Source of the DNA: Chitinophagaceae bacterium
GTDB taxonomy: Bacteria > Bacteroidota > Bacteroidia > Chitinophagales > Chitinophagaceae
Assembly (NCBI GenBank): GCA_947447465.1
Contig: CANFKE010000014.1
Coordinates: 8,531-72,530, forward strand
Length of the DNA: 64,000 nucleotides
Reading direction: 5' to 3'
Shown here: in pieces, positions 9,758 to 19,263 of the stretch
Layout of the letters: every line of letters begins with the position of its first letter
How positions within the stretch are numbered: the stretch's first letter is position 1
Position numbers and translations under genes: made by a program
The notes under the pieces: model-generated
Database searches by the model: none
Told to the model about the DNA's origin: nothing
Seen by the model: only the letters and a program-made list of their open reading frames with translations

Positions 9758-9797
9758 AAAAGAGAAAGCCTCCGAAGTATCGGAGGCTTTCTCTTTT
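9758..9797. terminator. Bidirectional intrinsic terminator between the convergent S46 peptidase and groEL genes
   Basis: AAAAGAGAAAGCCTCCGA-AGTA-TCGGAGGCTTTCTCTTTT, a perfect 18-bp stem. Confidence 0.9.
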
Positions 9798-9866
9798 CAA
9801 TATCGCGGCAAACCAGTTTTAAACTTTCTACCTGCGATTTTTTGAATATCTACTAAATACTATCTA

Positions 9867-11576
<1,710 letters not shown>

Positions 11577-11632
11577 TTAGTTCATGTGATCTGTTGTCCG
11601 ATAGTTCTTATCAATATCGGCAGCACACATAA

Positions 11633-11914
11633 TTAGATCACCGCAAGAATATCGCTTTCACGCATGATCAGGTAATCTGTACCTTCCAAAGAAATTTCTG
11701 TTCCGGCATACTTACCATATAATACAGTATCGCCTGCTTTTACGGTCATTGGTTCATCTTTCTTACCCGGACCTGCTGCAACTACGATTCCGCGTTGTGG
11801 CTTTTCCTTTGCAGTATCTGGTATAATGATACCACCGGCAGTTTTTTCTTCAGCAGCAGCCGATTTTACAATAACCCTGTCATGAAGGGGAGTAATGTTT
11901 ACGTTGTTAGCCAT
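11633..11914 (-). CDS. groS: Co-chaperonin GroES
   Basis: [25 protein letters not shown] and MRESDILA motifs; upstream of groEL. Confidence 0.99.
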   Translation of the reverse strand: MANNVNITPLHDRVIVKSAAAEEKTAGGIIIPDTAKEKPQRGIVVAAGPGKKDEPMTVKAGDTVLYGKYAGTEISLEGTDYLIMRESDILAVI

Positions 11915-11970
11915 TTCTATAAATTTTTATGTTTGTGAACGATTTTATACAATGGGTGCATCATCTTTTA

Positions 11971-12044
11971 TGCCAAACGGTTGTAAGGCATTTTTTCGGT
12001 CATTTTAGCAGTATTTTGTTGGCAATTGTTGTCATTTTCAGTCA
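11971..12044 (-). promoter_or_regulatory. Candidate operator repeats upstream of groES
   Basis: TGCC-N12-GGCA inverted repeat (11971-11990) and two GTCATTTT copies at 11999 and 12031, 32 bp apart. Confidence 0.45.
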
Positions 12045-12356
12045 CAGCAAGCCAACTTTTCATATAACGATATACACTATTGATATTTTGGCAGACTATT
12101 TTATCTCCTCTTCTCCTATCCGAAAAACGACCTTCTTGTCTATTTATCCTTTCATATAATATACAGCCATTTGTCTTCCTTATTGCTCATTATTGGGGTA
12201 GCCAATAGCTGTACAAAACATGAGCCATCAGATATCTACTACTCATTATGGCACCTTTTGACCCGCAAGGCATTAAAAAGAATTCAAAACTATTTATTGT
12301 ATTTCGGATTTTTGTTTATATCTTTGGTCTTTATTAATCTTTTTATTTTAAAAACA

Positions 12357-12548
12357 ATGCAAGAAGGTACAGTTAAATTTTTCAATGAGACAAAGGGTTT
12401 TGGTTTCATCACTCCATCTAACGGTGGTCCAGACATTTTCGTTCACGTTTCAGGTCTTCATGATGAAATTCGTGAGAACAATAAGGTGACTTACGATGTT
12501 CAGAATGGCAAAAAAGGTTTGAATGCAGTTAATGTAAGAGTTATCTAA
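12357..12548 (+). CDS. cspA: Cold-shock protein (63 aa)
   Basis: MQEGTVKFFNETKGFGFI...DIFVHVS RNP1/RNP2 motifs; -7 box TATCTTTG at 12319-12326. The ORF-track upstream extension is non-coding-like. Confidence 0.95.
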   Translation: MQEGTVKFFNETKGFGFITPSNGGPDIFVHVSGLHDEIRENNKVTYDVQNGKKGLNAVNVRVI

Positions 12549-12568
12549 TCATATTCATATCGAATTTG

Positions 12569-12598
12569 AAAGCCCTCGGTTTACCGAGGGCTTTTTTT
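12569..12598 (+). terminator. Intrinsic terminator after the csp gene
   Basis: AAAGCCCTCGGT-TT-ACCGAGGGCTTTTTTT. Confidence 0.9.
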
Positions 12599-12668
12599 GT
12601 GCCCTTTATTATCCCAGCTTGCAGAGCAGACAAACAACTATTATATTTATCCCCTAAACTTATTACTG

Positions 12669-13376
12669 ATGAAATATCTGTTAATACTCATCTCGACAAC
12701 ATTACTATTTTGCTCCTGCAAGACCACTTTGGGTACCCGGCCTGATAAACACCCCAGACCTTATGCCATAACAAAGAGCGGTAACATCTTACCAATAGAC
12801 TCTATTCAGAAAAAAAGAGGTCCGTTATTATCCAACGGGGTCAAATGCAACTTAGATTCTCTGGAAGAATACTGCGATGGCAAACATGAGTACAAAAGAC
12901 TGAACAAGAATACCTTTGCTGTAAAGCGCTTTGAGGGCGACTTCAAGATATACACATCTACCAGCACTTATACCAGTTTCGACTATACCCCTGCATCAGC
13001 GGGTATGCCGGGTGGCTTCAAGTCCAGCTCTCACAGCCACACTTCTTATTATATGCGCACCTCACCATCTGCAGCATTACAATTGATCAATTATAAAAAT
13101 GTAGAGGCCGCCCTGCATAAAGATGAACCTGCCTATCGATACATGGCCCTGTATCACAGACAAAAGACAGCTGGCAAAATAACATTATGGGCAGGACTAG
13201 GAGTATTTGTAGGCGGAATAGTCTTGGCATCTACCAGCAATAGTGATGGAGGCGATGCTCTGGCAGGCGCCATCATTTTTACCGGACTTATGGCCATGCC
13301 AACCGGACTCATCATAAAAGGATCGGCAGTAGGTAAAATATTTAAAGCCGTAGCTAAACATAATGGCGTAAGGTAA
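12669..13376 (+). CDS. Hypothetical lipoprotein with two C-terminal hydrophobic segments
   Basis: MKYLLILISTTLLFCSC lipobox; C-terminal Gly-rich hydrophobic helices. Confidence 0.7.
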   Translation: MKYLLILISTTLLFCSCKTTLGTRPDKHPRPYAITKSGNILPIDSIQKKRGPLLSNGVKCNLDSLEEYCDGKHEYKRLNKNTFAVKRFEGDFKIYTSTSTYTSFDYTPASAGMPGGFKSSSHSHTSYYMRTSPSAALQLINYKNVEAALHKDEPAYRYMALYHRQKTAGKITLWAGLGVFVGGIVLASTSNSDGGDALAGAIIFTGLMAMPTGLIIKGSAVGKIFKAVAKHNGVR

Positions 13377-13474
13377 ATACTGACTGGATATTCTGTAAGG
13401 TCCATCGCCGCAAATCATCAGACCTGCCAATGCTCAGATCATAGATATCTCACTATATAAATGTATTTTTAAGC

Positions 13475-14062
13475 ATGAAAAACAGGCTGATCCTCAACAT
13501 TCTTTTAGTAGGCATTGCTATAATGCTCTTCTCGTTCCTGTTGCCGAAAGGTTGGCGTATCTCCGGCTCTGCACCCGACAAATACGAGATCGGACTATTC
13601 AAACTTAACGGCCACGAAGGAAAGGCTTGTGGTGTCATACGTGCCGGTAAAAAGGAATACTTTGGAGACGAATATGCTTCTCTCATCCAAACTATATCTT
13701 CACAACACTTTTTAGGCAAAAGGATCAAAATGACCGGCTATATGAAGTCTCGCGGAGTTACTGCATGGGCAGGATTCTATCTGAGAGTGGACAAAGAAGG
13801 CAGTAAAGAACCGATAACATTCGACAATATGCATGATCGGCCGGTTAAGAATAACACTAACTGGACTCAATATGCCATAGAACTCGATGTACCGCTCAAC
13901 GCATCTAAGATCACTTTTGGCGCATTGCTCCACGGCCCCGGACAGATCTGGTTCGACGACATCAACTTCGAAGAAGTTGGCCCCTCAACCATCGTTGTTA
14001 CCGATGTAATGTGCGACACATCACTGAAACGCCTGCCTGAGAATCTGGGCTTTGAGGATTAA
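13475..14062 (+). CDS. Exported stand-alone galactose-binding-like (CBM-like) domain protein
   Basis: N-terminal hydrophobic segment; GKRIKMTGYMKS..WAGFYLRVD...FDNMHDRP...WTQYAIELDVP..GQIWFDD, the domain often fused to S41 peptidases, erythromycin esterases or AraC regulators (recall). Confidence 0.7.
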   Translation: MKNRLILNILLVGIAIMLFSFLLPKGWRISGSAPDKYEIGLFKLNGHEGKACGVIRAGKKEYFGDEYASLIQTISSQHFLGKRIKMTGYMKSRGVTAWAGFYLRVDKEGSKEPITFDNMHDRPVKNNTNWTQYAIELDVPLNASKITFGALLHGPGQIWFDDINFEEVGPSTIVVTDVMCDTSLKRLPENLGFED

Positions 14063-14221
14063 TAGTTAAATGACAACTACCGACAAAGAACTCCTCCTCA
14101 TGGGCGAGCGCGGCCACGAACTATCCAAAAAACAAAGCCCGCTTATTGCGGCTTATAGTTTGATGAGTATAGTATAAAATGAAAACCCACGACCTAGTCC
14201 GACCCTATGAAACTCACCCAT

Positions 14222-14668
14222 ATGAAAAAAGCACTTATTGTAATTGCAATAATGACATTCGGATTCTTCTATATAATCTGGCTTATTCTGGACCTTCATA
14301 TTGCATGGGCCACTAGCAGTTATTCCGTGACCAATGGTAGTGGTGAACACCTGGATGCAAAGGTATACAGATACAGTAATGAAAAAGGCAAGGCATACAT
14401 AGTCTATTTCCCAAAACATGATGAATCTTTGGTCATTGACGATGGGAATGAACTAATCAGCAGCCTATCGAAAGATAGAACCTGGGAATTGCCCGGATCT
14501 GTGGCATTGGTTTTTCAAAAATCAGAAGGCACCTACTATTACAATGTGACAGATTGGGAAGGTAATTTATTTGCCAGCGACTGCAGATTTTCCGACGATA
14601 CGATGTGGACTAGTACTTTTCTTTCTTTCAAGTACTATGGCTGGCAGATAAAAGTGACAAAACAATAA
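14222..14668 (+). CDS. Hypothetical membrane-anchored protein
   Basis: Open frame with an N-terminal hydrophobic helix MKKALIVIAIM...; alternative start at 14207. Confidence 0.65.
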   Translation: MKKALIVIAIMTFGFFYIIWLILDLHIAWATSSYSVTNGSGEHLDAKVYRYSNEKGKAYIVYFPKHDESLVIDDGNELISSLSKDRTWELPGSVALVFQKSEGTYYYNVTDWEGNLFASDCRFSDDTMWTSTFLSFKYYGWQIKVTKQ

Positions 14669-14713
14669 GCCTCAACTCCATCTGCGGCTAAAATATTTGC
14701 CGTTTGAAAAACA

Positions 14714-14798
14714 AGCCCTGAAAGGGCGATACACAACAGCCCGGGATTTCAACCCCGGGAACAAAAAAACAGCAATACACTAGCCCTGAAGGGGCGAC
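14714..14798 (+). repeat. REP/BIME-like composite palindromic element
   Basis: AGCCCTGAAAGGGCGAT (14714-30), then CAGCCCGGGATTTCAACCCCGGG, then TAGCCCTGAAGGGGCGAC (14781-98). Confidence 0.7.
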
Positions 14799-14843
14799 AT
14801 AATTGTGTATGCCAACCTAAACAAAAATGCCATAAGCAACATT

Positions 14844-14907
14844 GTCATTTTCACATTTTCACATTCTCGCATTCGCACATTTCCACATTCCCAATTGAGC
14901 CATTAAA
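14844..14907 (+). repeat. Degenerate octamer tandem array (8 x 8 bp) upstream of the holB promoter
   Basis: GTCATTTT CACATTTT CACATTCT CGCATTCG CACATTTC CACATTCC CAATTGAG CCATTAAA. Confidence 0.8.
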
Positions 14908-14925
14908 AATTGTATTTTTGTACCC

Positions 14926-16065
14926 ATGTTATTCAAGGACGTAGTAGGGCAGCAACCGGCCAAGGAAGGATTGATGAAGATGTGGCACAACAATGTCTTT
15001 CCACACGCATTGCTGCTGGTGGGTAATGAGGGCACCGGCGGACTCCCGATGGGGCTGGCACTGGCACAATTTATCTTTTGCACCGAAAAGACTGAGAACG
15101 ACTCCTGCGGTCATTGCGTCAACTGCCGCAAAGTATCGCGCCTGGAACATGCCGATGTGCATATGACCTTCCCTACCATCCCACCTAAGCCGGGTAACAA
15201 GGGAATGAGTAAGCTCTACATACAGGAGTTTCGCGAGTTCATACAGAAAACTCCCTATGGCACTACTTACGAGTGGCTGCAACATATCAACGCAGAGAAC
15301 AAGCAGGGCAACATAGTGGCTGAAGAATGTCGCGAGATCATTGATACACTCAACCTCAAATCTTACGAAGGCGGCCGAAAGGTACAGATCATCTGGCGCC
15401 CGGAATACCTGCGCAAAGAAGGTAACATTCTGCTCAAGCTCATAGAAGAACCACCACACGATACTACCATCATCTTCATAGCCGAAGATCTGGAAGACAT
15501 ATTACCCACCATACTATCACGCACACAGTCTGTGAAACTGGCACCGCTCCACCCTAAAGACGTTGCGGAAGCGCTGACCTTCAGATCCGTTACAGACCCT
15601 ACTCGGGCTGCGCAGATCGCACACATTGCTATGGGCAGCTATACCGAAGCACTCAGGTTAGCCAACCATACAGACAACGACCTGTTCCCCGGTGTAAAGG
15701 ATCTTTTCAACTCTATCTTCACCAACAACGGCATAGCGCTTACCAAGTTCGCCGATGAATGGTCTAAGGCCGGTCGGGAGCAGCAGAAGAACTTCCTGCA
15801 CTACATCATACAATTGCTCGAGCAGGCTATAAGAGCACGCTACACCCCCGACATGCCTTTATCTCTGCCCGAGTCAGAAGCACAGTTCGTCAAAAAGCTG
15901 GCCGCAACAAAGACAACATTCGATGCGTTCGATAAGATGATAGGTACCATCACCGATACCATGTTCTACATAGAGCGCAATGCTCATTCCAAAACACAAC
16001 TATTGGCAATGGCAGTTCGCATGCAGTATATGGTCTCTAATAAGCCGTTGCCTGCAGGAGTATAA
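14926..16065 (+). CDS. holB: DNA polymerase III subunit delta'
   Basis: PHALLL, Zn motif CGHCVNC, HADVH, NILLKLIEEPP and LPTILSRTQ; -7 box TATTTTTG 5 nt before the ATG. Confidence 0.93.
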   Translation: MLFKDVVGQQPAKEGLMKMWHNNVFPHALLLVGNEGTGGLPMGLALAQFIFCTEKTENDSCGHCVNCRKVSRLEHADVHMTFPTIPPKPGNKGMSKLYIQEFREFIQKTPYGTTYEWLQHINAENKQGNIVAEECREIIDTLNLKSYEGGRKVQIIWRPEYLRKEGNILLKLIEEPPHDTTIIFIAEDLEDILPTILSRTQSVKLAPLHPKDVAEALTFRSVTDPTRAAQIAHIAMGSYTEALRLANHTDNDLFPGVKDLFNSIFTNNGIALTKFADEWSKAGREQQKNFLHYIIQLLEQAIRARYTPDMPLSLPESEAQFVKKLAATKTTFDAFDKMIGTITDTMFYIERNAHSKTQLLAMAVRMQYMVSNKPLPAGV

Positions 16066-16120
16066 TGCAACTTTGACCTGATAGCATACAGGAATATCAC
16101 AACTAAACAAGCCACGCGCT

Positions 16121-16840
16121 ATGAATAACCTCATTAACTTCCGGTCGTTTTCCAACCAGGCTGATGCACAAGCTGTAGCCGACAAATTACAGAACGCAGG
16201 TATTACCGCCGACGTGAGCAAAAAAGCACGGCGCGGAGATGCCTTTCTGCAGGTAGGCGATTATGTTGATGACTATGTGCTCCGCATCTCACCCGCCGAT
16301 TTTGAGAACGCCAATAAGATCTTGTTCAAAGAGCAAGGTCTCGATATCAGCACTATTGACCCCTCACACCCCTTAATGGCACTCACTACCGATGAATTAA
16401 AGGACGTTGTCGCCAAACCTGATGAATGGGGTGCAGACAACTATGTCATAGCCTCAGCACTGCTGAAGAACAAAGGCATTGAATATACAGACGAAGAACT
16501 GAAACAACTGCAGAATGAACGTCTATCCTTTCTTGCTCGCAGAAAGAAGGCAAGCAATACGCTTATAATAGTAGGCTACCTTCTGGCACTGTTTCCTTTA
16601 TTGCTCAATGGCATCAGTGGCAATAGTCACCTGCCCAATTTCTTTCAGAATGTAAGGTGGTATTTCCCGGGACTACTGAGCCCCTCCATAGCATGGTCTG
16701 TATTGGTGTCGCGCACCACGCTCCCCAACGGCAGGCGTATAGCCACTTACGATGATGCCTCCATTCGTCATGGTATGTTTATCGTTGCTGCCAATATCAT
16801 CACCTGGGTCATTAGTCTGGCTATGATGTGGCTGTCGTAA
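16121..16840 (+). CDS. Hypothetical membrane protein with a DUF2007-like N-terminal domain
   Basis: FSNQADAQAVADKLQNAGI pattern; KPDEWG..NYVIA..LL motif; three C-terminal TM segments. Confidence 0.65.
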   Translation: MNNLINFRSFSNQADAQAVADKLQNAGITADVSKKARRGDAFLQVGDYVDDYVLRISPADFENANKILFKEQGLDISTIDPSHPLMALTTDELKDVVAKPDEWGADNYVIASALLKNKGIEYTDEELKQLQNERLSFLARRKKASNTLIIVGYLLALFPLLLNGISGNSHLPNFFQNVRWYFPGLLSPSIAWSVLVSRTTLPNGRRIATYDDASIRHGMFIVAANIITWVISLAMMWLS

Positions 16841-16846
16841 TACCGG

Positions 16847-18382
16847 CTATTTCAATTGTTGATGTATGATGTATGCACCCTTATAGGCTGCAATACGCTC
16901 CGGCAATCCATATTGTCCATGAGCCTCAAATACAGCAAAGGGAACATTATTCCTGATCAAAGAGTCGATCGCTGCATCATGCAGGCACCATGCGTTTGCG
17001 TCCAGTTCATTGTGATAGAACATCAGATCGATATCCTCAAATGAAGGCGTATTGAGTACCAGCTTTATATGTTTGGGCAATTCATTGGTTACATCTTTAT
17101 AGATCTTCGTATTGTGCAGCTTCACCATTCTCGCCTCATTACCGGAGTTATGTGCTTTGTATATCGCCACAGGGTTTAAAGTGAATAGCGCCACAACAAT
17201 AATGACCAACGTAAAAAGCAATTCATTGCGCCTTACCCTTTCCTTCAACTCCATAAGTCCTGCAGCTATCAGTAGGTAACCCATCGGTGCTACCACAAAG
17301 GCGTAGGGCACCCATTTGGTGGCCACTATCAGCGAGAAGAAAGAGAACACAATAGTAAAGATGCTCAGCAAAGCTATCGCAGCTTTGTTCTCCCTTACGT
17401 TTGCGCGTATCTGCCTCAGCAATACCCACATGCCCACAGGAATAAAACAACAGGCAATAGCACCATAGTATCTGGGCAACTTACCTACATAAAAGAAGAT
17501 ACTGCCCTTATGGTCTTCCAGCACCTCTGTTATATGGCGCGAGTTGAACGCATATTCATACTTAGCCTCTTCCGGAAATGTATGCAGAATATATAACTGC
17601 CACGGAAGAAATACAGCAAGACACACTATAGCTGCCAATAACATATACGACAGGTCCCGCCTGCTGTCTTTGTCCCTTATAGAAAGGAGCAGATTCATAC
17701 CCCACCCTGCAAATACCACCGCACCGGTCAGCCACTTATTCAGCACCGCACATCCCGCAAACACACCCGCAAGCAATACCCACTTCATTTCTTTGCCGCT
17801 CAGGTAGCGGACATACGCCCAGAACGAAGCCAATACATAAAAGCCGAATGCCACATCATTATGGTCAGTGCCCTCAAATCCCGATATCAGCTCCAGTTGA
17901 AAATTACATAGCGCCATCAGCAATGCGGCCACTAGTGCACCCTGTCGACTATGAAGCAGTTGCCTGGCAATACCATACACCATCAGCGGCATCAATGCAC
18001 CCATCAATACAGATGGGTAGCGCATAGTCAACTCAGATACCCCGAAGAGTTTCATGCTTAGTGCCATCTGCCACATGAACAGTGGTTGCTTATGCAGCCA
18101 TATATGATTACAGCACCAGGCAAATTTATCATAGGCTTGCACAGGGTGTGCTCTCAATATGGGTTGCAGCGGATCATTCATCAGGTTACGGGCTACCAGC
18201 GCATGAAAGCGCTCATCCCAGTCATGCAGAAAGGCATCCTGCATGGCCATATACAACCGCACTATCAACGATCCCGCAAAGAGCAGCGCCAGAGTCATCC
18301 GCTCTCTGCCACTATGCAGCAACCATAGACAAGCTATGATAAATAGTATGGCAGCAGAGGCAAGCAGGATATATGAGGTCAT
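16847..18382 (-). CDS. ArnT/GT39-like (GT-C) integral membrane glycosyltransferase
   Basis: WDERFHALVARN, WLHKQPLFMW, MRYPS, DHND and GCAVLNKW motifs; many TM helices. Confidence 0.85.
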   Translation of the reverse strand: MTSYILLASAAILFIIACLWLLHSGRERMTLALLFAGSLIVRLYMAMQDAFLHDWDERFHALVARNLMNDPLQPILRAHPVQAYDKFAWCCNHIWLHKQPLFMWQMALSMKLFGVSELTMRYPSVLMGALMPLMVYGIARQLLHSRQGALVAALLMALCNFQLELISGFEGTDHNDVAFGFYVLASFWAYVRYLSGKEMKWVLLAGVFAGCAVLNKWLTGAVVFAGWGMNLLLSIRDKDSRRDLSYMLLAAIVCLAVFLPWQLYILHTFPEEAKYEYAFNSRHITEVLEDHKGSIFFYVGKLPRYYGAIACCFIPVGMWVLLRQIRANVRENKAAIALLSIFTIVFSFFSLIVATKWVPYAFVVAPMGYLLIAAGLMELKERVRRNELLFTLVIIVVALFTLNPVAIYKAHNSGNEARMVKLHNTKIYKDVTNELPKHIKLVLNTPSFEDIDLMFYHNELDANAWCLHDAAIDSLIRNNVPFAVFEAHGQYGLPERIAAYKGAYIIHQQLK

Positions 18383-18442
18383 GATAGTTATATACTGTGG
18401 GCTAAATTACTATAAACAACTGCAATAGCACAACTCTGCCGG

Positions 18443-19036
18443 CTATTTCCAGATATGGAAGTTCAGCCTCAGTTGCTTGTCTTGCAGCAGCCTGCGCCAG
18501 TCTATGAACAGGAACAGTGCTATGATCACCACCCCCAGCAGACTCCCCGTTATACTCTTCCACGACAGCATGCCATTAGCTATGTCTGTAGCATTGGTGG
18601 CAAAGTAGTCTCCGGTCATTACCATCACCATATCGCTGGTAAACTTGCCCATAAAGAATGCGGGCAATATTCTTATAGCATTGATACGGGCCATGCCACT
18701 AGCCGTGAATAGCGGCGTAGAGGGCAGCGGCATAAGGGTATAGAGAAATACAAAAGTGGGTATCTTCCACCCTGCTGTGCGTAGCTGCTCCCCTATAAAG
18801 TGAATGTCGTCATTCTTTTGCGGCAATATCAGCTTATCAGAAAGGTAGGGAATGTACTTGCTCAGCGTATATCGTCCTATGGTAGAGCCTATCACACCGG
18901 CGACCAGCACCATCCATATATCCAGATGATACCGCATCTGAAAGAACACCATGACTATCCATGCAGGCGGACCGAAAAACGGCACCAGATCTACAAGGAG
19001 CGCGGCAAGAAACACATAGACATATGGCCAGATCAC
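18443..19036 (-). CDS. DedA/VTT (SNARE-associated)-like membrane protein
   Basis: Hydrophobic 197 aa; PFFGPP, GSTIGRY and PLPSTPLF..SG motifs. Confidence 0.65.
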   Translation of the reverse strand: MIWPYVYVFLAALLVDLVPFFGPPAWIVMVFFQMRYHLDIWMVLVAGVIGSTIGRYTLSKYIPYLSDKLILPQKNDDIHFIGEQLRTAGWKIPTFVFLYTLMPLPSTPLFTASGMARINAIRILPAFFMGKFTSDMVMVMTGDYFATNATDIANGMLSWKSITGSLLGVVIIALFLFIDWRRLLQDKQLRLNFHIWK

Positions 19037-19096
19037 ACTGCAAGGTATTAAAAAAGTAAGCCAATCAGGATATTAAAGACCTGATTCAGATCATCC

Positions 19097-19170
19097 CATT
19101 GCACCGTTAGGTGCAAAAGGTTTGTAGAAAATGGCACCTCCCCTCGACTCTCGCGAGCCGTAGGTTCGCG
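19097..19170 (+). repeat. REP-like element (hairpin-N8-TGTAG) plus a second GC hairpin
   Basis: CATTGCACC-GTTA-GGTGCAAAAGGTTTGTAG matches the reverse complement of 50749-50779 at 29/31 nt; CGCGAGCC-GTA-GGTTCGCG at 19152-19170. Confidence 0.75.
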
Positions 19171-19213
19171 CCCTATCTCAACTGATACCCGACCCGCCAT
19201 GTGTTCAAAACAA

Positions 19214-19242
19214 CAAAGCCCCCTATAAAATAGGAGGCTTTG
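19214..19242 (-). terminator. Intrinsic terminator of glnA
   Basis: Minus strand reads CAAAGCCTCCTAT-TTT-ATAGGGGGCTTTG followed by TTGTTTTG. Confidence 0.8.
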
Positions 19243-19263
19243 CATGGGTATGATCTGTATAGA

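Noticed and set aside
12171-12356. ORF-track N-terminal extension of the cold-shock protein (similar extensions for groEL, glnA, murF, gldJ, DUF5723-like, lysC)
   Set aside because: The extensions cover promoter boxes, terminators or AT-rich spacers; family alignments start at the downstream codons used in the feature list.
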